DNA of 64,000 bases from Candidatus Foliamicus sp. (GTDB lineage Bacteria > Pseudomonadota > Gammaproteobacteria > Steroidobacterales > Foliamicaceae): positions 3,304,874 to 3,368,873 of the forward strand of contig OZ250178.1 of NCBI GenBank assembly GCA_965238055.1, given 5' to 3'. Both the position numbers and the translations under genes were made by a program. Positions 8,873-18,986 of this stretch are shown piece by piece. How positions within the stretch are numbered: position 1 is the first letter of the stretch; each line of letters starts with the position of its first letter. The notes beneath the pieces are model-generated. The model ran no database searches and had not been told where the DNA came from. It saw nothing but the letters and a program-made list of their open reading frames with translations.

Positions 8873-9889
8873 TTACGCCGCCTCCAGCTCCGGGCGATAT
8901 TCCCCGCTCCGGGCCAATCCGTTTAACCGCGCCCGTTTCCCTAACGCCCTTTGCGCATCGCCCAGCTGATCCGCCCTGCCCCCCCAGGCCGCAAGAGCCG
9001 GCGCCTGCAGCGCCCGGCCATAGGAGAAGGAAACCTGCCAGGGATGCGGCCCCCGCGCATTCATCGCGCTTAGATGGGCAGTGGCGTCTTCGGCCGATTG
9101 ACCACCGGACAGGAAGGCGATTCCCGGAACCGCTGCCGGCACATAGGCCTTGAGCGTCCGCAGCGTCGCTTCCGCCACCTCATCCACGCCGGCCTGTGCG
9201 GGGCATTCCGTTCCCGAAACCACCATGTTGGGCTTGAGAACAATGCCTTCCAACTCAACCCGGTGACGCTCCAGCTCATCGAAGACATGTTCAAGCACCG
9301 CGCCCGTGACCTGTTCGCACCGGGAAATGGGATGTGGCCCGTCCATCAGCACCTCAGGCTCCACGATCGGGACGAGGCCCGCTTCCTGGCACAGGGCCGC
9401 GTAGCGCGCCAGCGCATGAGCGTTGGTGTGAACGCAGCAGTCGCTGGGCGCACCTTCGCCGATGGCGATGACAGCCCGCCACTTTGCGAATTGAGCCCCC
9501 AGGCCGCGATACTCGGCAAGGCGCTCGCGCAGCCCGTCCAGTCCTTCGGTGACCTTTTCCCCGGGGCAACCGGCCAGCGCCTTGGCGCCCGTGTCTACCT
9601 TGATGCCCGGAAACATGCCCCGCCCCGCCAGGTATTGCGGGATGGGCTCGCCGTCCGGCATGGATTGCCGCAGAGTCTCGTCAAAGAGAATTACGCCGCT
9701 GATGTATTGCTCCGCCGACGGTGTGGAAAACAGCATCGAGCGGTAGTCACGGCGCAAGGACTCGGTGGCTTCCACCCCGATGCCCGCAAAACGCTTGCCG
9801 ATAGTGGGAGTGCTCTCGTCGGCAGCCAGAATGCCCTTGCCGGGCGATACCATGGCTTGTGCTGTTTCGGTCAGATTGGCGTTTGTCAT
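8873..9889 (-). CDS. fba: Class I fructose-bisphosphate aldolase
   Basis: From ATG 9889: 'MTNANLTETAQAMVSPGKGILAADESTPTIGKRF...', 'KPNMV' and 'FLSGGQS' are hallmarks of class I FBA. The upstream 146 codons of the ORF-track entry are treated as spurious extension. Confidence 0.9.
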   Translation of the reverse strand: MTNANLTETAQAMVSPGKGILAADESTPTIGKRFAGIGVEATESLRRDYRSMLFSTPSAEQYISGVILFDETLRQSMPDGEPIPQYLAGRGMFPGIKVDTGAKALAGCPGEKVTEGLDGLRERLAEYRGLGAQFAKWRAVIAIGEGAPSDCCVHTNAHALARYAALCQEAGLVPIVEPEVLMDGPHPISRCEQVTGAVLEHVFDELERHRVELEGIVLKPNMVVSGTECPAQAGVDEVAEATLRTLKAYVPAAVPGIAFLSGGQSAEDATAHLSAMNARGPHPWQVSFSYGRALQAPALAAWGGRADQLGDAQRALGKRARLNGLARSGEYRPELEAA

Positions 9890-10033
9890 CTGCTGATTTC
9901 CCCTGTTGCGGTCGTCTTTGGCGTGTAGTGTATTCCTACCTTTGCATGGCCGCCACCGCAAAGGCTTCTGGGCGATAATCTGTGCTGCCCAACGCCATCC
10001 GCACCGGGTTGATTTATTGAGCGGAGTAGTCCC

Positions 10034-11272
10034 ATGACCATTACGACATTCGAAAACTGCCGCATCTTCGACGGCCATGGCCCTGAATACATCGAAGACC
10101 ATCGAGTGGTGATTGCGGATGGCCGGATACAGGGGTTGGAGCCCATGAGCAGCAAAGGCCCCAAGGCTGCGGAAGTCGTCAATTGCGGAGGACGGGTCCT
10201 GATGCCGGGGCTGATCGATTGCCATTTTCACGCCTACGGGGTGAGCTTCAGCTTCTACGAACTCGACCGCATGCCGCGCGAGTTGCTGGCGCAGCACGGT
10301 GCAAAAACCATGCGCGACACGCTGCATCGCGGCTTCACCACCATTCGTGACGCGGCCGGCGCCGACATCGGGCTATGGCTGGCGCTGGAACAGGGATTGA
10401 TCGAAGGGCCGCGCCTGTTCTATCCGGGCCGCGCGCTTTCCCAAACCGGCGGCCATGGCGACATGCGCCCCGGAGACCAGATCGAAGCAACCGCCTGCGC
10501 CTGCGGCTACATGGGCAGCCTCACCGTCACTGCAGACGGTCCGGACGAAGTGCGCAAAGCGGTGCGAGAGGAACTGCGCAAGGGAGCGCACCAGATCAAG
10601 ATCTTCATTTCCGGCGGCGTGGTTTCGCCAACCGATCCGCTGTGGATGCCGCAATACTCCGACGAGGAGGTGCTCGCGGCTGTCGAAGAGGCCGCTTCGC
10701 GCCGCACCTACGTGATGGCGCACTGCCACACCGATGACGGCGCCCGCCGCTGCGTCGATCTCGGTGTGCGAACCATCGAGCACGGCTCGGAGATTCTCGA
10801 CGACACGGCCGCCGCCATCGTCGAGAAAAATGCCTATGTAGTTCCCACCCTTTCCGTGATGCACGTCATCCGCGATTTTTCCGATGATCTTGGCTTGCCT
10901 TCAACCAGTTACGGCAAGATTCTGCGAGTGCACGAGACCATGCTGACCGCCATGGAGACCTGTACGCGCCACGGCGTAAAGCTCGGATTGGGTTCCGACC
11001 TCCTGGGCCACGAATACATGAAGCTTCAGGGCGCGGAACTGGAATACCGCGGCGAAGTCCATTCGCCACTGGAAGTCCTGCGCTCAGCCACCTCCATCAA
11101 TGCCGAGATCCTTCGGGAGCAAGGCAACCTCGGTTGCATCGCCCCGGAAGCGCACGCCGATTTGCTGGTACTGGATGATGACCCGATGAAGAACCTTGGC
11201 CTGTTCCGAGATGTGAACAACATTCCAATCATCATGAAAGCCGGCGAATTTGTCCGCCGCACTTCTATCTAG
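10034..11272 (+). CDS. Amidohydrolase-superfamily metal-dependent hydrolase
   Basis: 412 aa. 'GGRVLMPGLIDCHFHAYG' is the HxH metal motif, with 'KIFISGG' and 'AHCH' following. The TAG stop lies inside the IS target duplication. Confidence 0.8.
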   Translation: MTITTFENCRIFDGHGPEYIEDHRVVIADGRIQGLEPMSSKGPKAAEVVNCGGRVLMPGLIDCHFHAYGVSFSFYELDRMPRELLAQHGAKTMRDTLHRGFTTIRDAAGADIGLWLALEQGLIEGPRLFYPGRALSQTGGHGDMRPGDQIEATACACGYMGSLTVTADGPDEVRKAVREELRKGAHQIKIFISGGVVSPTDPLWMPQYSDEEVLAAVEEAASRRTYVMAHCHTDDGARRCVDLGVRTIEHGSEILDDTAAAIVEKNAYVVPTLSVMHVIRDFSDDLGLPSTSYGKILRVHETMLTAMETCTRHGVKLGLGSDLLGHEYMKLQGAELEYRGEVHSPLEVLRSATSINAEILREQGNLGCIAPEAHADLLVLDDDPMKNLGLFRDVNNIPIIMKAGEFVRRTSI

Positions 11273-13052
11273 TGTCTGCCCGAAAATCCCTAACTATTTG
11301 AAAGATAGAGTGAAAGGGTGATTTTCGGTGGCGAAGATATATCTTCTGGAGCGGTAATCGGGGAAAATAGGGCTGGTTTGGCCCGATTGGGGGCGATCTT
11401 CGAGGAATGACGCATGCGTGAAGTGCAGAAGCGGCAGTTTCAATTCGGTCAAGTTGCGATCGAGGACATCTGGCTGGACCCGAAGTCCCGCGACGACATA
11501 CCGGCGGTGCTGAAGGGGCTTCAGCACCTGCACAAGGAGCGGCGCGAGGAGTTGTTTTCGCTGCTGGAGCGGCACATCCGGCCGGGGACCGACCGCAAGG
11601 TGGGTCGTCCGGGCATGGACCTTTGGCGGATTCTGGTGCTGGGCGTGCTGAAGCAAGGTCTGGGCTGTGATTTCGACCGTTTGCACGATCTGGCGAACAA
11701 CCACCGCACGGTGCGGGCGATGCTGGCGCATGGCGATTTCGCCGATGGCCGCCGCTACGAGTTACAGACGCTGATCGACAACGTATCGTTGCTGACGCCG
11801 GAGTTGTTGTCGGCGGTGGGGCAGTTGGTGGTGGCCAGCGGTCATGCGGTGGGCAGAAAAAAGCCTGGCGAGCCGTTGCGCGGGCGCTGTGACTCGTTCG
11901 CGGTGGAGACGGACGTGCATTACCCGACGGACGTGAACCTGTTGTGGGACGCGATGCGGTGTTTGATCCGGGAGACGGCGCGGTTGGCGAAGCAGCGCGA
12001 GGTGGGCGGCTGGCGTCAGTGGCGTCATTGGTCCGGGTGCGTTCGCACGTTGTTTCACCGGGTGCGCTCGACGCGCCGGGCGAAGGGGCGTCCGGAGCGG
12101 GTGGAGGCGTATCTGGCGCGTTGCGGGGAGCTGGTCGAGCGCGTTGAGGGGACGCTCGGGGCGTTGGCGGCGAAAGGCGTCTCGGAGTCGGAATTGGCGT
12201 CCATCCGGGGCTATGTGGGCCACGCTCGGCGGCAGATGGACCAGGTGGAGCGGCGTTTGCTGAAGGGCGAGACGATCCCGCACGAGGAGAAGGTGTTTTC
12301 GATCTTCGAGGGGCACACGCGTTGGGTGTCGAAGGGCAAGGCGGGCACGCCGGTGGAACTGGGGGTGCCGGTGTGCGTGATGGAGGACCAATTTCAGTTC
12401 ATCCTGCACCACAAGATCCTGTGGGCGGGCGGCGATGTGGACTTGGCGGCGCCGATGGTGGAGGAGACGCAAGCCCTTCACCCCGACCTGCGGGTGTGCA
12501 GCTTCGATCGCGGTTTTCACAGCTCGGCGAACCGCGTCCGTCTCGACGAGTTGCTCGACTTGAACGTGCTGCCGCGCAAGGGACGGCTGAACCGGGCCGA
12601 GCGCGAACGCGAGTCGGACGAGGCGTTTGCGGCCGCGCGCCGGCAACATCCGGCGGTGGAGTCGGCGATCAATCATCTTGAGCACCGCGGTCTGGACCGC
12701 GTGCGCACCCGTGGCGCCGACGGGTTCGCGCGCACCGTGGCGCTGTCGGTGCTGGCCGCCAACCTGCATCGGCTGGGCCGGCTCCTGCGCCAGCGCGAGC
12801 GCAAGCGACGACGACGCGCGGCCTGAGCGGCCGCATCCCGCCATGGTATCGCCGCGCCCGGCCCGTCGAGAGACCGGAACGGGCTTCCATGCCCGCACAC
12901 CGCAAATCCGGGCCGATTGCTCGCCTTCGGGGCCGATGGCCCCTCGTCGCACGTCAAACGCCACCGCCGCCGATACCAAGGCGCGATCCACACCCCAATT
13001 ACTGTTGATTTACACAGCCCTATCGCCAGAAAGAGGGGTTTTCTGGCAGACA
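11273..13052 (+). mobile_element. IS element (1780 bp), IS4/IS5-superfamily DDE transposase ('ISNCY-like' by memory)
   Basis: Terminal IRs are TGTCTGCCCGAAAATCCCT (11273-) and, on the reverse complement, TGTCTGCCAGAAAACCCCT (-13052), matching at 17/19 positions. It is flanked by a perfect 8-bp direct repeat CTATCTAG (11265-11272 and 13053-13060). Confidence 0.85.
11414..12826 (+). CDS. DDE transposase
   Basis: 470 aa. 'DSFAVETDVHYPTD', 'CSFDRGFHS' and the C-terminal 'HPAVESAINHLEHRGLDR' fit the D, D, E/Y-R-E-K pattern of IS4/IS5-type transposases. The N-terminus 'MREVQKRQFQFGQVAIEDIWLDPKSRDDIP' resembles proteins labelled ISNCY in databases (unverified). Confidence 0.75.
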   Translation: MREVQKRQFQFGQVAIEDIWLDPKSRDDIPAVLKGLQHLHKERREELFSLLERHIRPGTDRKVGRPGMDLWRILVLGVLKQGLGCDFDRLHDLANNHRTVRAMLAHGDFADGRRYELQTLIDNVSLLTPELLSAVGQLVVASGHAVGRKKPGEPLRGRCDSFAVETDVHYPTDVNLLWDAMRCLIRETARLAKQREVGGWRQWRHWSGCVRTLFHRVRSTRRAKGRPERVEAYLARCGELVERVEGTLGALAAKGVSESELASIRGYVGHARRQMDQVERRLLKGETIPHEEKVFSIFEGHTRWVSKGKAGTPVELGVPVCVMEDQFQFILHHKILWAGGDVDLAAPMVEETQALHPDLRVCSFDRGFHSSANRVRLDELLDLNVLPRKGRLNRAERERESDEAFAAARRQHPAVESAINHLEHRGLDRVRTRGADGFARTVALSVLAANLHRLGRLLRQRERKRRRRAA

Positions 13053-13114
13053 CTATCTAGCATCGTGATCATCTCACTAATCCCTGCCGCCCGAGTAGAG
13101 GAGCATCCTCGCCG

Positions 13115-14548
13115 ATGACATGCCGGGCTGTGCGTGCCTTCTTTGCGGGAGTCCTGGCACTTTCGATCGGCCTTACGTCTGCCGCCGCCGCGGCTTCCGC
13201 GCCTGAAGCTCCGCAATCCAAAAAAGAGGATTCCCCTGAGACACGCGCCGTTAAACGAATCGCCTCCGCTACGTTCGAGGGAGCTCGCACGATTGCTGTT
13301 GAAGTACATCGGAACTGGCCGTATCCCGACTGGCTGGACCTTGACCTCCTTGATCGGGGCGATTCGGTTGTGGTCTCAATCGTCGAGGAAAGCAATCCTG
13401 ATTCACGATGGGAGATTGTGGCCATCCCTCGGCTTGTGCTCCTACGGCATGGAGATGTGCAAGCGATCAACGTCAAGGCAATTCATGCGGACTCCGTCGT
13501 GCTCGAACTTTGCGACGCGATGTATCGGATCTATTGCACTTCCATAAAGACCTTCTTCGATGCCAAAGCCAGGAAAGCACTCGGGCGCGTGGAATTTGAG
13601 CTGCTCGACAAGAGCAGACTTCTGGAGATCGGCAACGCCGTTTATGCAGTTACCGAGCGGGAACGGTTCGGCAGGAGTCCGGATAACGCCATTGTGGCGC
13701 GATACGCACCGGGCGAGCCCGTGCTGGTGTCCGGCGCCGAAAGCAAGGCGGCTATCGCCACCCTGCCAAGACCACCGGCCGAATGCCAGACCCTAAGAGG
13801 AAATCTGATCCGCGAAGACGGCCGGCTTGTTCCGTCGAAAACACCTTTGACCCGACCATCGTGCTTCGAACAAGCCGCCTCCTCGCCTCCTCTGTGGACA
13901 TTTGATTTTCCTTTAGGTAGTTTCGATGCCCGCGAAGGCTACGAGTACCCTTCCGGAATCGCCGTGCAGGACGGTGAATCCTATCTGGCCTACCCCCTCC
14001 CCCAGTCCACGCCGGAAGATCTGGGACGGTATAGACGGGGTTTTGAAGAGAGGCACGCGGCGTACACTCGGGATGTCAACAGTTACACAATTCGGGAATC
14101 GATCGACGCTTTCGCGCTAGAAGCCGATCGCCTGTGGTTCGGCAAAAGCTTCTATGACGGCGAAGGGTATACCGGAGTGGGATCGTTAGGTTATTTCGAT
14201 ATTGAGCGGCGCAATTATGTATTTGTCAGTCTTCCCGAAATCACAGATTGGTCCACGTCGGCGATCCTCGTTGAGGAAGGCGCCGTCTGGATCGGACTTA
14301 CCGACCACCCGGAAGGAGCAGCCCGCAGTGGCGGCCTGCTTCGCTACGATCGAACATCCGGCGAGACACGCATCTATCCCATTGAGGACGTGACTACACA
14401 ACTTCTCGGTCACAACGGCCTGATTTATGTGGGAGCAGAAAAAGGGCGAGTCTATGTAATCAAAGAAGACTCCATCGTTTCGCGCTATTCTGTCGAACCC
14501 GCCCTCGAAGGAGGATTCGAGATCCGCTCGCTGCCACTGCCACGTTAG
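13115..14548 (+). CDS. Secreted hypothetical protein, possibly beta-propeller-like C-terminus
   Basis: 477 aa with signal peptide 'MTCRAVRAFFAGVLALSIGLTSAAAAASA'. The C-terminal segments 'GAVWIGLTDHPEG..GGLLRYDRTSGETRIYP' and 'GLIYVGAEKGRVYVI' look like propeller blades. The region looks AT-richer by eye. Confidence 0.55.
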   Translation: MTCRAVRAFFAGVLALSIGLTSAAAAASAPEAPQSKKEDSPETRAVKRIASATFEGARTIAVEVHRNWPYPDWLDLDLLDRGDSVVVSIVEESNPDSRWEIVAIPRLVLLRHGDVQAINVKAIHADSVVLELCDAMYRIYCTSIKTFFDAKARKALGRVEFELLDKSRLLEIGNAVYAVTERERFGRSPDNAIVARYAPGEPVLVSGAESKAAIATLPRPPAECQTLRGNLIREDGRLVPSKTPLTRPSCFEQAASSPPLWTFDFPLGSFDAREGYEYPSGIAVQDGESYLAYPLPQSTPEDLGRYRRGFEERHAAYTRDVNSYTIRESIDAFALEADRLWFGKSFYDGEGYTGVGSLGYFDIERRNYVFVSLPEITDWSTSAILVEEGAVWIGLTDHPEGAARSGGLLRYDRTSGETRIYPIEDVTTQLLGHNGLIYVGAEKGRVYVIKEDSIVSRYSVEPALEGGFEIRSLPLPR

Positions 14549-14604
14549 CGCCGACACTGCCCGACCTGCTTGATAGGCAGGAATAGCGCCGAGTTTCAAG
14601 CACG

Positions 14605-14622
14605 GTATAACTCGGGTTATAC
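14605..14622. promoter_or_regulatory. Palindromic candidate operator/-10 region upstream of the mazE-like gene
   Basis: GTATAAC-tcgg-GTTATAC has perfect 7-bp arms and ends 9 nt before the ATG at 14631. Confidence 0.4.
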
Positions 14623-14630
14623 TTGGGTGC

Positions 14631-14876
14631 ATGAAGACCGCTATTTCCATTCAGGACCATATCTTCGAAGCAGCCGAGGAAACAGCCCGCCAACTGCGTA
14701 TTTCCCGAAGTGAGCTGTATGCCCGGGCTGTGCGCGAATTCGTGGCGCGGCACACCGGCAAGAACGTAACCGAGCGGCTCAATCTGATCTATGGGGATGA
14801 AGGGGAAGCATCCGAAATGGATGCCCGATTGGCTGAAATGCAGTCTCGCTCGCTCGATACGGAGAAATGGAAGTAA
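14631..14876 (+). CDS. Ribbon-helix-helix antitoxin (MazE/CopG-type)
   Basis: 81 aa. 'MKTAISIQDHIFEAAEETARQLRISRSELYARAVREFV' is an RHH pattern. It overlaps the downstream MazF gene by 10 nt. Confidence 0.8.
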   Translation: MKTAISIQDHIFEAAEETARQLRISRSELYARAVREFVARHTGKNVTERLNLIYGDEGEASEMDARLAEMQSRSLDTEKWK

Positions 14877-15226
14877 GGCGTGGTGAAGTCTGGTGGGCGG
14901 AGCCGGGAGTTCCCGCCGGTTCCGAGCCCGGTTACCGGCGCCCCGTCCTGGTGGTGCAATCCGACGCCTTCAACCGCAGCCGCATAGGGACAATCGTAGC
15001 GGCCGCTATCACATCCAACCTGAATCTGGCCGAAGCGCCCGGCAACGTGCGACTGCCCACCAGAGCTTCTTCGCTTCCTGACGACTCCGTAGTCAACGTC
15101 TCACAACTCGTCACACTGGACCGAAAATTTCTCTCTGAACGCGCGGGCCGAGTTCCGGCAATTCTCCTTCGCAGAGTGGACAACGGTTTGCGGCTTCTCC
15201 TGGATCTGCAAGACCCAACTCCATAG
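14867..15226 (+). CDS. mazF: MazF/PemK family endoribonuclease toxin
   Basis: 119 aa. 'RRGEVWWAEPG...GYRRPVLVVQSDAFN' and 'AAAITSN' give the typical PemK/MazF signature. Confidence 0.88.
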   Translation: MEVRRGEVWWAEPGVPAGSEPGYRRPVLVVQSDAFNRSRIGTIVAAAITSNLNLAEAPGNVRLPTRASSLPDDSVVNVSQLVTLDRKFLSERAGRVPAILLRRVDNGLRLLLDLQDPTP

Positions 15227-15348
15227 CTTCAACACTATTCAAACAGCTCACACGCCAGCTTGAATTACCAGCCACCCATGCAATCTCTTAACCTGCCACT
15301 GAACAACGTGGCGGGTTTACACAGTTAGCCTGCCCTCCCGGCTTGCGA

Positions 15349-15774
15349 TCACCTGGCGTTATCCCGTTTCATGAGCACGGTGAATCCTTCCTGTTCAAAA
15401 TGACGGTCGTTGGTCAGAATTTCCGTAATCGACTGGGCCTCCATAACATTCATCGACACGCAATCCTGGAGACTGTATCCCTTGTCGCCGCGCGCCTCGT
15501 AGCGATCCAGCGCCTTACGAAAGGACGCTCTGGACTGGGCCATAACGTGCACGTTGGAATCAAACAGCAGCGCCCGTACCGCATCCACTGCGGCCAGACG
15601 AAGCCGTGGTCCTCCGCGTGAGAAAGCCGCGAGAAACTCGGTCAGCACCTCGTCGGTGGTCACGATCTCGATTTGCCCAAGCCGCTGCTTCGCGTCCCGG
15701 GCCGCTGCGCGCCATTGATCGTCCGGCCGGGCGGTGGCAATCCAATAGACCGTGTCGGCGAATACGGTCTTCAT
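15349..15774 (-). CDS. PIN-domain (VapC-like) ribonuclease toxin
   Basis: 141 aa. The acidic quartet is in the expected positions: 'VFADTVYW', 'TTDEVLTEF', 'LQDCVS' and 'TNDRHF'. Confidence 0.85.
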   Translation of the reverse strand: MKTVFADTVYWIATARPDDQWRAAARDAKQRLGQIEIVTTDEVLTEFLAAFSRGGPRLRLAAVDAVRALLFDSNVHVMAQSRASFRKALDRYEARGDKGYSLQDCVSMNVMEAQSITEILTNDRHFEQEGFTVLMKRDNAR

Positions 15775-16601
15775 CGAAGACAGCCGTACAGGTGCTCGTC
15801 AAGGCGGTCCGTCAAGTCCAAGGGAAGCTGCGCCCAATCATCGGCCGTCACATCGTTGAATGCGGCTGCAATGATGTCTTCCGCCTCAGGTACGTTTGCG
15901 CCGCGGCCTGAAGAATCTTCCCCCATCAGGTTACGAATTGCTTCTTCAATCTCGCCTGGATTGGTATGGAACCATTCGTTCCCCGAAACCTCCTCGAGCT
16001 TTTGCCCGCGGCTTGCGAACCATGCGTGCAGGAGCATCTCCCTCCTGCGCGCTTCCACATCGTCGGCGCAGCCTAGCCGCAGAAGGTAGCGGGGCCGTTC
16101 CGGAAGGTTTTCCTGAAAGTCCCGCAACCGCCGTTTGAATCCTTCCGTTCCGGCCTTGCCGATTTTTATCGGCCACCGCGTGCCGGCAGTTGTCTGATAC
16201 CAGGGCAGACACCACGCGTACACCTCACAAGGGCCCTGGGCAAATTCACGCTCGGGAATTAGCCCGTCATCCATGGGGGCATCATTTATGGAATTAATCC
16301 GACCTTCCGTGACAGGTTCTTGCTTAGCCTCTCCCTCATAACCAAGGAACCGGTAACGCCCGCGCATTTCTCTCTGAAAGGGGCTGGCAGACCCAAAAAG
16401 CCACTTTTTCAACACCGTAGCCACGTCGGCGGTTGTGGTGCTGGAGTCCCCACCATGACCAACAAATTCTCTTCTTAGCGTCTCGCTGATTTCGATGCGC
16501 CTATAGAGCCTGCCTGGTTCGAAAAGTCCGCTCTTGCGGCACAGCTCCCGGGCTGCATCGGCGCCGAACGGTTCCTTTGTGAGATCATCTAACAGGTCCA
16601 T
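15771..16601 (-). CDS. T5orf172/MUG113 (GIY-YIG-like) domain protein occupying the antitoxin slot of the PIN gene
   Basis: 276 aa. The core 'VYAWCLP...WPIKIGKAGTEGFKRRLRDFQ...RYLLRL...EARRREMLLHAWF...GNEWFHTNPGEIEEAI' matches the T5orf172 pattern from memory. The acidic C-terminal tail is '..DDWAQLPLDLTDRLDEHLYG'. Its stop overlaps the PIN start (ATGA, 15771-15774). Confidence 0.6.
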   Translation of the reverse strand: MDLLDDLTKEPFGADAARELCRKSGLFEPGRLYRRIEISETLRREFVGHGGDSSTTTADVATVLKKWLFGSASPFQREMRGRYRFLGYEGEAKQEPVTEGRINSINDAPMDDGLIPEREFAQGPCEVYAWCLPWYQTTAGTRWPIKIGKAGTEGFKRRLRDFQENLPERPRYLLRLGCADDVEARRREMLLHAWFASRGQKLEEVSGNEWFHTNPGEIEEAIRNLMGEDSSGRGANVPEAEDIIAAAFNDVTADDWAQLPLDLTDRLDEHLYGCLR

Positions 16602-16702
16602 TATTCCTTTTCTCCCCTAATAAGGGTCTTATGGTCCTACTTTACTATATAAGGACCGTTAGTCAACAAGGAATATGATTGCTCGCCGGGAAGCCTGTGA
16701 GC

Positions 16703-16969
16703 TAGTGTCGTGTCACGCCTGTATCGTCCCATCAGAGCGGGCGGGGCGGGCCAATGCAAGGCGCAGTCCGCAGAGAATACTGCCCGTATTGCCCAGGGCT
16801 GCAACGCCGCAGTGGCGCGCCCCGCCCGCTCCCAAAGGGCGCGGGCCCCAGAGCCTGTGGCGGCGTTGCGCCCCTGGGCAATGGGAGGCGCCATTCCCGG
16901 CGGGGACGCGCCTTGCCACAAGCCATGGGGAACGCGCTGATGCGACGATACAGGCGTGACACGACACTA
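16703..16969. repeat. 267-bp MITE-like / long imperfect palindromic element
   Basis: The terminal inverted repeats are 33 nt with one mismatch: TAGTGTCGTGTCACGCCTGTATCGTC[C/G]CATCAG at 16703- and its reverse complement ending at 16969. Further symmetric internal blocks include ATTGCCCAGGG..GCAACGCCGC on both arms. The mirrored short ORFs on both strands ('MSRLYR..') are a side effect of this symmetry. Confidence 0.75.
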
Positions 16970-17036
16970 ACAAAAGGAGGTTCCTGGGCACGTTAGCAAT
17001 ATCCGCAAAATAATTCCGGGCTCTAGAATCTATTTT

Positions 17037-17051
17037 GGACTAAAATAGTCC
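17037..17051. promoter_or_regulatory. Candidate Rrf2/IscR-type operator upstream of the suf regulator
   Basis: The palindrome GGACTA-AAA-TAGTCC sits 23 nt upstream of the Rrf2 gene start, in an AT-rich leader. Confidence 0.4.
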
Positions 17052-17073
17052 TGTTTCGATCAGGAGCTCGACA

Positions 17074-17528
17074 ATGCTCAAAGTCAGCAGGCTTACCGAC
17101 TACGGGACCATGATCCTCGGTTGCCTGGCGCAAGCCGAGGGACAATCAATGTCGGCCAAACGAATTGCCGAGGTCACGCACCTCAGGCTGCCCACGGCCC
17201 AGAAGCTGCTCAAGCAGTTGAACGGGCGTGGCCTGGTGCGCTCCGAGCGTGGCGCACTGGGCGGCTACCGCCTGGCGCGCAAGGCAGGCGAAATTAACGC
17301 CATCGAGATTCTCGAAGCGCTGGAAGGACCGATGGCGCTAACTGAATGCAGCCACTCCGAAGGACAATGCGAGCTTGAGTCGTTCTGCAGCGTGGGCGGC
17401 GCCTGGCGGCAGATCAATGGCGCCATTCGGGGAGCGCTCACTGAGGTGACGCTCAGCGACCTGCGGCGTTCGGCCCCGAGCTTTCGCACTCCGAAACTGG
17501 CGGCCGACATGACGGCAAGGATGGGGCG

Positions 17529-17532
<4 letters not shown>
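17074..17532 (+). CDS. Rrf2 family transcriptional regulator (IscR/SufR-like role)
   Basis: 152 aa. '[19 protein letters not shown]' and '[10 protein letters not shown]' are Rrf2 signatures, with Cys residues '[14 protein letters not shown]'. It overlaps the sufB start. Confidence 0.88.

Positions 17533-18982
<1,450 letters not shown>

Positions 18983-18986
<4 letters not shown>

Noticed and set aside
8873-10327. N-terminal extensions of ORF-track entries (fba to 10327, bepA from 5785, sufU from 21430, sufT from 22338, peroxiredoxin to 60127)
   Set aside because: The extensions overlap neighbouring genes or lack family similarity. Internal starts give full-length canonical proteins.
11762-12991. 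409-aa minus-strand ORF
   Set aside because: It is antisense to the IS transposase 11414-12826, with Arg/His/Pro-rich artefact composition.
16710-16962. Mirror-image 76-94-aa ORFs on both strands (both starting MSRLYR)
   Set aside because: They are generated by the inverted-repeat symmetry of the MITE-like element, not by coding selection.
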